This document shows, piece after piece, positions 27,647 to 38,907 of a stretch of 64,000 bases of DNA; the stretch's first letter is position 1; each line of letters starts with the position of its first letter. The notes under the pieces were generated by a model. The model did no database searches. It had not been told where the DNA came from and saw only the letters and a program-made list of their open reading frames with translations. The DNA is taken from NCBI GenBank assembly GCA_012295275.1, contig CM022673.1:2728001-2792000 (forward strand), written 5' to 3'. The position numbers and the translations under genes are program-made. This stretch comes from Chrysomallon squamiferum. Taxonomy: Eukaryota; Animalia; Mollusca.

Positions 27647-29762
27647 GTATAATTATTTAATATATTTACACAAAGACAGTTGTACATATAGCTAATTTTA
27701 TAACCATGTACATTAATATACAGTTACTTCAAATATGTAAATAAATCATATGCTGCATTATCAACATCAATATAAAAATAGGACATTTTTTTTTCTTTCA
27801 ACTAAATGAAAATTGTCATACGTCTTTGAAGGTGTATGCATTATGACATTACGATCTTTCAGTAACGCAATATTTATCTTTTAAAAACTAATGTTAATCC
27901 TTTTTATCATAATTCGTTGTTGTTGTTGTTTTTTTTTGGTTCTTTTTTTTTTTTTTTTAATTCAATATCTGCAAACAAATTAAGAGTTCTTTCATAAAAC
28001 GAACTGGGCTGTTAGTTCTGTTATTAAGATGTTAGCCAACTCTGCGATGGGTTTGTAGGATCGATCCTCGTGTTTGGATCGTGTGTGAAAGGTTCCTTGC
28101 TATCCTTGTTCCAATGATGTGACGATGAGGGGTTCCTCCACTGTATTATCACTAAACAACAAAAACAAATATTTTAATTACTTAACTAATCAATTATTTA
28201 AATAAATATTATGTAAATAATTGTGACAGACAAACAAGCAACATTTTTCAATCCAAAAACCACTTTATTCCGTTTGACCATCAATTTCTTTTTCCTCGCG
28301 ACAGAACTCAGTACTACCAAGGTCCACTTCAGGATGTTACACTTGAACCAGGAAGAAGTTACAATGTGTCTGCTTATGCCCAGTTAGTGAATGATAAACC
28401 AGGAGAAATTAGACAGAGCCTGCAAGTAGAACTTTCTCTTAAATACACTGGTTAGTACCTGTTACATACCTATGACAATTTAGAGTTGTATTCATCCCTT
28501 TCGGGTGCTTTAAAATCGTTCTTCTTTAAAATAAAAATAAAAATGATGAGTTGGTCATTCACTTGTTTTTACTCGTTTTAATTTGTATATTAAAATTATA
28601 TTAGAATATTGTTTAAAAAAAAAATCATTTTTTTCTTATTTTGTGTTTTGTTTTGTTTTGTTTTGTTTTGTTTATTTGCTATTCCTCTTCAAAAGAAGAT
28701 ATTACTTAAAAGGCATTAACAGCTTCAAAATTTTTAGCAGCTAGTTTCCATTCACTGATTAGTGGTTTGTGTGTGTGTGCGTGTGTACGTGTGTGTGTGT
28801 GTGTTACTATTTTAATCTGTTATTTTGTTTTCACTTTGATTTCATTTCATAATTTTCATTAAGTATATAATTTCATTGATTAGTCTGGAATGTGTTTTTT
28901 GTTTTTGCATTTTTTTTTATTTTTTTTTTATAGATACACTTTTGAGATTTTGTTTGATTTATTTTACTGTCATTTTATTTATGATGATGATGATGATGAT
29001 TATTATTATTATTATTACTTTAAATTAAGAAAAAAAAGTGTAATAAAATACTAAATATAATGTTTATGTATTGCAGACGATTCCGTCGAGTACTTTGAGG
29101 TAGCAAATGAACCATTGGCGCGCAAATCAGATGGGTGGGTTCATCTCCAAGGCGATATCCATATTCCAGACAAACGTAATGTTTCTGTTTATTTTTATTT
29201 ATTTTTTTTGTTTTTTAAAAACACGAACTTTTACGTTTAAAGTAAATATGTTTTATAATGATTTTCAGTTTTAAAGTGAAATTTAGGTGGTATGAAAAAG
29301 TCATTACGCAAGTTATGTCTCAGATTTTGTATTTATTTATTTATAATTAATACTAAAGTATAACTACACTGGCCTATGTGGAAGAAACATTCTGTTATTC
29401 TTAAAATATACTGCAGTACAAATATGAAATATAAGGACTGTTTAGTTTTAACTGTTTCATTTCAGAAATAAAGACAGCGTACATCTACTTTCAAGGCCCA
29501 CAAGCCGGTGTTGATTTTATCGTTGATGACGTGTCAGTTCATCCTGTACAAAAAGACTTGAACTGGCGTAATGAGTCACAAGCCAATATTAATAAGTTCA
29601 GAAAAAGTGATATTATTATTAAGTAAGTACAGTTATTTATAGTGTTATTGATATCTTATAATTATTACCAATTTCTGAATATTACTATTGTTATAATTAT
29701 TATTACTATTTATTTATTTATTTATTTATTTTTATGTTGTTGTTATTATTACGACTATTTCA

Positions 29763-29795
<33 letters not shown>

Positions 29796-32700
29796 GGAAA
29801 TAATTACTTATTTTTGTTTCAGTGTTCACACACACGGATCTGTGGATTTAAGTCAGGTGCAAGTTGAGGTTTGTTTCAGTTGTATCCATATACAAAAACA
29901 GAGTAATCCTACATTTTATATTTTTCTTCATAAAATATATATAAAAAAAAAAAAAAATAATAATAAAGAAAAAAACCTTTTAATCTTGTATTCATATTAT
30001 TAAAATAATGATGTTATACTTATTCTGGAACTTTGGATCAGTCTCTAATATTCATATGGATGAGTCAAAAAAAAAAGAAAAAAAAAAGATGTCAGTACAT
30101 TTCAAATATTGCTTTAAAACTGTTACTATTTTATTTCAGATAAAACAGGATGAAAAAATCTTTTCCCTTTGGAACAGCTATTGCCTGCAAAGAATACTAT
30201 AATGGTGACACAAGATATCAAAATTTTATACATCAGCATTTTAACTGGGCTGTCACAGAAAATTGTCTCAAATGGATAGAAATGGAGAGAATAAGAGTAA
30301 GATGAAACACCAGTCTCACCGATTAAGTTTTGATTTTTTAAACAAATGATAGTTAGTGAGTTTGTATCTTGTCAGATCTAATTATATATTTTTTTAATTT
30401 TCTATTACTTATACTAACACTGACACTGTTCTGCACAAATAATTTTTAGATTGTAAGTCCATAACAAAGATGCTTGAATTTTTCACTGGATGAATCATTT
30501 CAAATAATTTGATTTAATAATTTCTAAGCAAGTAAATATATTGTATTTTGATAAACCATCAAAAAGCAAAATGTAAAGGTTTAAGGAAATAAATGAGAGG
30601 AAGAGAAAGAGAGAGAAACTGACAAAGACCGAACGTGAGTGAAAGCTATTCCATTATTTTTGTAATTAAAATGAGCACTAAATTTTTTTTTGTTCATTTG
30701 TTTTTTCCCAGGGACATATTGACTATGATACTCCACTGCATGCACTTCGAAAACTTCAACATCATGGGTAAAATTATTTGTAAATATATTGTTTCTTTTG
30801 TCTTAAATCTCAAGTTACACAAAGTTGTTATAACAGTTCTCTAAATAAAAATCAGCTGAAAATCAATACTCCTTGGTGTATCCATTTTCCTATTTTCCAT
30901 TTCCTCAAGACTCATTTATGAAATTCATTGGCATGTATTATCCAGCCAATGAGATGGTGCATGTAAAAGAAACCACTGCTGCTAAAAAACCAATAGCACT
31001 CTTACTATGGGGCCATATATTTTCTCATACATATATTATCATATACAAAAAAAAAATCATGCCTGATGCCACTAATAATAAAATATACTGATGTTTGATT
31101 AAATAAATGTTTGTTCACAGAATCAAAATAAGGGCTCACAATATTCTGTGGCCAGATGATCGCTTTGTTCAGCCATGGGTAAAAGCTTTGTCTGGAGATG
31201 AGTTAAGAAAAGCAGTTCATGACAGAATTGTAGGTGTGGTTTCCAAAACCAAAGATCTGTAAGTTCATTTAATTTGTAATGTATAAAATGCTTCATATTT
31301 TTCAGTAACTTCTGAATCATATTTTCTTCAACTTATATTGTTTAGTTAATAAAAAAAATTAAAAAAAAAAAATATATATATATATATATATAAATATTGA
31401 CATATATTTTAGTATAATATTTTATTTTGTTGTTTTAGTGTCGAACACTGGGATGTAAACAATGAAAATCTTCACAATTTTTATTACCAAACCAAACTTC
31501 AAGACTTAGACTACAACCTCGACAATTTCTTGCTAGCTCATCAAACAGCCCCAAATGTGAAGATGTTCTTAAACGAATACAACGTTGTTGCTGGTGGTGG
31601 CACTACTGGGGTAGGTAAACTATGCTTCTTGCCATCATAACAGTTGCATACTTAGAGGTAACAATAAACAATAACATCATCAGTTGACCTGTAATTTAAA
31701 ACAAATAATGTAGGAATTGAAATAGTAACTATAATGATAATAAAAATGATACTACTACTACTACTACAAATAATAATAATGACAATAACAACATTAATAA
31801 AAAAACAATAATAAAAGCATATGAAATATTAATAATGGCTGCAGCAAATAAAACAAAATAATAAGAAGATTGTCTTAAATACTTTTATTTCATCTTTTCT
31901 GAGAATTAATTTTTAATGACAATCCATTTTAAACATTATTTTTGATAGATATTTGAAAATGCTAGTAAAAGTTTCATTTCTATTATTTTCAGGCCTATTT
32001 GAAACAAGCCTTGAAATTCAAGCACGCTAATGTTGGACTTGCTGGTATTGGAGTGCAGTGCCATTTTGGACACCACACACCAGATCCAGTACTTATTAAG
32101 GTTAATATTTATTTTATTTATTTATTTAGAAAATAAATTTTATTGATTTTAAATATTATAGAGGAAGGCAATCAGGGTAGAGTATATTAATAAAAAACAA
32201 AGAAACTTGCTTTTCTACCAAAAGAAACAAACCCCAAACAAAAAATCTTACCAAAACCAGATGAGTAATTAAATAATTTAATTAACTTCTGTTGTTATGG
32301 AATAACTTTGCTAATTTCTCTAACTTTAAGAGTGTTATCAGCATTTAAGTGAAAAACAAAAAATTGAAAATGATCAGTTGTATTGTTCAGTGACAGATCT
32401 ATAACTGATTAATTCTATATAGAAATAGGAGATTTAGGAATAGATTTTGACATACCATCATTTCACCATATATACAAACCCACAATTAATGATTAAAACA
32501 TAATATGGATACTGACATGATTTTTCATCATTATATACAAACCAAAATATTGATGCAATTTCCATAACATCATAATCATAATCATCTCGTCATATATCCA
32601 CTATTAACCATATGTATAAAGCATGGGTTTTCATAAGATGATCATTATCATCATCACCATCATCATCATCAAGTTTAAAACTGCAATTAATCATAAAAGT

Positions 32701-34349
32701 AAAATATAACAGTTATTTGTTTTCATCTTGACAGAAACGTCTTGATCTGTTAGCCAAGGCTGGGGTTCCTATCTGGGTTACAGAACTGACTGTCTCTTTC
32801 AGCGATGTGAACAAACGTGCAGATGCTTATGAAACTGCTCTAAGAGTGCTCTACGGTCACCCGGCTGTTGAAGGTCTTCTGTTCTGGGGATTCTGGAGTC
32901 TGCACCACTCATCTGGAGAACCTGGAGCTTTAGTCAGTGGGCACGAGTTTAGAGTAAGAAGTTTATCATAGTTACTGCACTTGGACACAAATACGTATGT
33001 GCATGTGTGTGTGTGTGTGTGTGTAAGTGTTATTTCTTTTTCTTAAATATGTTTATCTACTTTAATCTGGATTATTCACTTGACCGAATGAAACCATGTC
33101 GAATGTTACATTTTATGGTAAACAGTTGCTACAATAGGTGTTGGATATGAAGATGTCAGGTAATATGATATAATACAATACCCATAACAAACAAAAGCAA
33201 GGACTTTTTAATACACTTCTCTAAAATGTGTTAAATCAGTATAGATATACCTGTTGGAAAAGAAAAATAACGTAACAAGCAAATATATAACATACCTTTT
33301 ATTAAAGTTTATTATCTGAATGGTAATTATTGTATAATTTAACAATATGGATGTTTGTACATTACATTGTTTCTTCTGTAAATAAATTTAGATTGGAAAT
33401 TTTAAATATTAAATATGTTTTTAATCATTTCATCTGCACACATGGGTGATTTCCTGTTCCAAATAGGTCCACAATTTCAGAAACCATATTTCCTGTCAAG
33501 TTTTTGCAAGTGTAATGAAGACCATTTACAGCTGATAACAAAATGTAGCAAGTTTTCTCTAATGAGTGTTAGAAATAATTAACTGTGCAAGAAGTCAAAA
33601 TATTAACAGTTAAATGTATTTTATTTATTGTAGCATCAAGACAACAAACTGTAGAAAATGTTGAGAAATGTTTCGTTTTTTTATTTTTGAACCACATCTT
33701 GAAGATTACCAATCTGTATATACCAGACTATTTCAGCTTGATGTTTTATGAATTCTTGAACAGTGCAGCTGTTTTAAATCAGTTGTGATCAATTCTAGAT
33801 TATTGCAGATGTTCTAAATCAACTGCAGATGTTCTAAATGAATTCTAGACCATTTCAAGTGTTTTAAATATGTTTTAATGAAATGTAGATCAATACAGAT
33901 GTTTTAAATCAACTGTAGATCAATACAGATGTTTTAAATTAACTGTAGATCAATACAGATGTTTTAAATCAATTGTAGACCAATACGGATATTTTAAATC
34001 AATGTAGATCAATACAGATGTTTTAAATCAAGTGTAGATCAATACAGATGTTTTAAATCAACTGTAGATCAATACAGCTGTTTTAAATCAACTGTAGATC
34101 AATGTAGATGTTTTAAATCAATTGTAGATCAATGCAGCTGGACACAGAGTTTTGCATCTGCTGGAGAAAGAATGGATGACTCATGAGACTCACACTTTAT
34201 CACAATCAGGCAAACATTTCACAGTCCATGGTTTCCATGGAGACTATATGGTACATGTCAGGTACAAAGGTCGTGAGGTCATGGATCAGAGGCACAGGTT
34301 CACACTTGGAAAATCTTCACACACAATCAATTTGCATGTGTCAAATTAA
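26605..34349 (+). CDS. Secreted endo-1,4-beta-xylanase (CBM + GH10), copy 2; +1 frameshift in exon 6 (pseudogene or assembly error)
   Basis: 12 exons: 26605-26774, 28305-28450, 29077-29175, 29466-29622, 29823-29868, 30140-30296, 30712-30767, 31121-31258, 31439-31610, 31993-32100, 32735-32953, 34128-34349. Same motifs as copy 1 (WDVNNE, VPIWVTEL). An extra G at 30152 leads to TAA at 30200-30202. Confidence 0.88.
27596..27642. repeat. (CA)n microsatellite in intron 1 of xylanase copy 2
   Basis: Perfect CA run; it explains the THTHTH stretch in the ORF track. Confidence 0.92.
28005..28170 (+). mobile_element. Degenerate tRNA-derived SINE-like fragment
   Basis: B-box-like GGATCGATCC at ~28058, a GC-richer core and an A-rich simple tail (AAACAACAAAAACAAA). 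Family not verified. Confidence 0.35.
33765..34127 (+). repeat. ~30-bp splice-acceptor minisatellite abutting the last exon of xylanase copy 2
   Basis: Near-perfect units ATCAATACAGATGTTTTAAATCAACTGTAG from ~33889, degenerate units further upstream. The final unit supplies the acceptor TTGTAG|ATCAATGCAGCT. Confidence 0.92.
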
Positions 34350-37300
34350 TGAATTTGAAAATAAAAAAAAAATTTTTATTTTCTTTTAATCAGAATAAAG
34401 TGAAATGAATTGTTTTATACTAGTTTTGTTCTTGAATATAATTTTATTTTAGAATAATTATAAATAACTGAAACAAACAAATAGGGGACCAGAGTTTGAT
34501 GTAACAGAACAAAGTGTAATAGTAACATATCACTTCAAGTTTTATTTTCCATATTCCCTCCATGTCTCCAATTTTTATTATTTTGTTGATGTGACTTACA
34601 CATTTTATTTAAATTGTTATTCTGCTGAAACTTTATTCATCATCTTTGCAGTATATTTTCAACTAATTTCAGCATAAGAAAAATATTACGAAGATATTGT
34701 GGAGTTTACAAACATCTGGCAGGAGTAAAAGATGAATTTCAGTTTCCTTTCAGATAACATTGGTCAACATGTTTCTAAATTATATTTTCAAATAATGGAG
34801 AAAGTTAGCACCCCACAGATTAGATTTTAATCTGGCCATAGAAGTATGATGAATCATGCAGAGAAGTTATAAATACATAGCATTTACTTACCCATTCCCC
34901 AGCATCCTCACAACTCACAATGGGTCAGTATTGTCTAAGCAGAGAATCACTGATCTAATTGTGTCCGATTATAAACAGATGTGTCTGATTCTTCCACATT
35001 TAAAACAAAAGTAACAATTGATATGTATGCAAAATGAAAATATTTATTAGAAAGTGCAAAACAATTTTAACTCAACAGAATTAAAACTTTAAGTCTACAA
35101 ATACAAATGTTTTATGTTACAAATGATGTATTTTACATGCTAATGCAAAACATATCATTGCTGTTGTTCTGTAAATACATATTTATGATAATCACATCAC
35201 TGTTTACAGCAGCAGATAAAATGAATATGAAATACTGGCTGTAAATATCACATGATACCAGCACTGCTATTAACTACTTCAATACGCATCATCAATGCCC
35301 AGATTTGTTATAAATAACATAAAAATTAAAATTAAAAAAAAAAAGAACAAATAAACACAACATCTGTTAAGATTGGACAAAACAAAATTAAGTTAACACT
35401 GAGGAATGTTGTTTTAAAAAATAAATAAACCTAAATTCAGTTACTGTGAGAATGTTAAGTAGTTTTTGTTAAATATATTACAGTGTTCTGAATTTTATTC
35501 AAGAAAAGAAGTATTAAAAATGGTTACAACACATCAAACTACTGTAAAAGTCTGCAAGAGAATATGTACCAGAATTAAATCTTCATAAATACATAATCAT
35601 CTTGGCATTACCATACCCTCAGAATTACATGCACATTTTGGGGGAACATTGCCTTAAACTTTCAGTTTGTTAAAAAGGATGCCTGGTATTCTAAAACATG
35701 ACGTTAATTAACAACAAACAATATGTATATTCAACACTTAAACAGATTAAAACCAATTACAGGTTGACCATCAATGACCAATATGAAATAATTTGGATAA
35801 AGTAATATAATATTTCCAAAATATTCAAATAATCAATTATCTATTTGCATGGTAATCCAGCTGTTACAGATGTATAAAAGTTAATGAACATTTTCATTTG
35901 TTAATCAAGTCCAGATGTTCATTAATGTTATATAATATTTTATTTTTTTACATACAGTTCTATGAATATACATTTCTTAAAGGTTCCTTTCAAAGCAGGA
36001 TATCCTGTGTATGTGTGTATTTGTTTTAAAAATTACTTTACTGTACGAACAATATTCGAGATTGACATTTTCATGAAGAGCTATTTATCTAGGGAGATAA
36101 TATTTGTTTATACCTACTTAAATGTCATGATTTACGAATACGATTATGATTATTATGATTATTTGTTTATTTACTTATGTAATTCTTTTGTTTTGCTTTG
36201 GAATGAATAACACTAACCAGTTAATGTTCTAGTAGTGGTCAGCCTGTAATGTGATCACCTTTTCCTGTGATATTAATAAATAAAAATAATAAATAAATAA
36301 ATAAAACATTAAAAGTGCTCACTCATTTTTTTCCACACATTTCTTATAAAAACACAGCAATCTCTAATATGCTTAGTTTTGGCATGTATAACAGTAAATA
36401 TATCTCCCAGACTTCACAATCATAGTCTATATAAAAATTAAATTTAGATGCCATTAAAATATAGCAAAAAAAGATAAAAATGAACACAACAGATTAATTT
36501 AATTTTTTTAATGTAAATATTATGCCAAAGAATGGAAATAGGAACAATAGTAATAAAAATAAGATCTGATTATATTTCTAGGATTTCACAAAAGAATTTA
36601 ACTTGAAAAATAAAATCATATTTATTATAAAGAAATAAAAACAACAAATGGACAAAGGTTTAGGGACTTGATACATCACCATTTCAGAGTATGGAAATAT
36701 AAGTAATAAAAATGACTATAAAATGTAACATATTATATATCTCTGTATGATACACCTATGGCTGATATAATTATATGCTGGGGTTGTCATTAAATAAATA
36801 TTTATTGACATGTAACACAAAGTATAAAAATAAACAAATAAAAATGCAAAATTAGATTATCAAAATAATAATGATTTTGTATCTTTGATACTTGTAAGGA
36901 CTCACATTCACAAAACAAAAATATAAATTTACATTGTTCTTGCATATATTACATACATAAACATTTATATATTTTCTTTCTTTTTTCATTTTTTTTGAAC
37001 ATTTTTAGTACACAATAACAAATTTATGACACACACCTGTACATTTCAATTTACATACATAAACTTTCAAGCTTTTTATGAATATGTCTCTATGTTCTTT
37101 AATTACAATGTGACCAGGAAAGAATTTTCTTTTTTTAATCTTTTCACATCTTTTTACTTTCATTTAAAAAGAAAAGTGTATCCATATATATATAAAAGAA
37201 ACAACTTCATTTAAATATCTTTTAGATAAAAAATACTAAAAACACACCAAACTAAACAAGATTTTTAGCTAAAGTTTCACATATTTTTCTACAGATTATC

Positions 37301-37742
37301 TCAGTTTCTTTTAATGAGTACAATACCTGATAATTAAACAATTTAAAAAAATAATAATAAATAAATAAAAATACAATTTAAATTAAAACGACAAACATAA
37401 GAAGGTTTAATACAAACATTTCTGTTTTATATACAAGAAGTAAAAATAGTTAAATTAAGAAATGCATTTATTTACAATCTGAATCCACTGTATATACTGG
37501 GAAGATAATCCACTTATTTTAAGAAGAAAACCCACTGATCATGTTCTTAGTAATGTAGGTAAAATTATTGATGTTTTGATATGTATTTAAATCAATCACA
37601 ATTGTTTTTAATCAGTTCAGTAACCACATATCAACTTTAATTTTTAAATTATTATATTATTCAGTAAGCGTCAGGTTAATATTTTATATATATATATATA
37701 TAAACTAATTAAAATCTTCTGTTTTACTCTGTCCAATTGTTT

Positions 37743-38860
37743 TCACTTTTCTTTTTTCACTTCGTGAGCATTTCCATTCTGTACACAAGTTCCATTTGAA
37801 ACTTTCATCTCCTTCTGAAAACAACAAACATTCAAATCCAACACTGAAGTTAATACATAATTTTGACAGCAGGCATTAGACAAAATCTCCATTAAATATA
37901 TATAGTAGGTATAGTGAGAGAGAGAAAAAGAAAAAGAGAAAGAGAGGGAGAGTGTAAGAGATAAAGAAAAAACTCTCCATTAACTGTATGTATAACCATT
38001 ATCAGTGTAGAAAAAGAAACTGACAGACATACAGAAAGACAGAAAAGTGAAGTAAAGAGGGAGAGTGCAAGAGAAAGAGAAAAAGAAAGAAAACTTGTGG
38101 TTTGATTGGGGGGGAAGTAGTGAGATGTATAATGTAAATTTTACAAAGCAAAGAACCATCTGTATAGAATTATGTACATAACATATGAATTCATCATTAG
38201 AAAAAAAAGGAAAGGAATCCATAAAGAGTTTTATATCCTTTTTCAACAACGATTTTAACAGACAATCCTAGTATTTATGCCTGAATTATATACATTTAAA
38301 AAAAAAAAACACAGTTACCTTTAGTTGCTGGGCTTTGATATAGGCATGGAAGTAGAAGTTGAGAAACAGCAACAAAATTGTACCAGCATATATAATTAAT
38401 GCCCAGTGCATCCATGCTGGGAAATCGCAACCGTACACAAGCGACTGGGCTGAGTGGGTGATGCCAGCCATGAACTGAATCTAAAACAAAATTTTCATTT
38501 CCTAAATAATTACCTTGATCTTTTCCTTCAAGTAAGCCTGCATGTAAAAGTTGATGAATAAAGCAATGATTGTAATGCCATACACAAGAGCTGCTAGCTG
38601 CATCCATATCGGGAAATCGCAACCAGTGAGCAGGGTTTGTATGGTGTATACCATTCCAAGAAAGAATTGAGTCTACAAAGCACAAGAGGAGATGGTGTCT
38701 TAGTAAACTGGTGATGGGGGGCATTTTAGTTCAATTTATCTTTTTTTGGTTTAATTTACTTTAATTGCTGATGTAAAATTGTTTAAATGGTATTTTAAAA
38801 TATAACGGAGTAAGATATAATGATCATATAAAATACATTTGTGACAAAACTTATCATCAT

Positions 38861-38907
<47 letters not shown>

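Noticed and set aside
33765-34127. 30-bp array as a CRISPR array or coding repeat
   Set aside because: The units are head-to-tail without unique spacers and contain stop codons in the exon frame.
38296-38724. 142-aa minus-strand ORF across both ELOVL4 alternative exons
   Set aside because: It is an off-frame read-through of exons 6a and 6b with no recognisable protein features.
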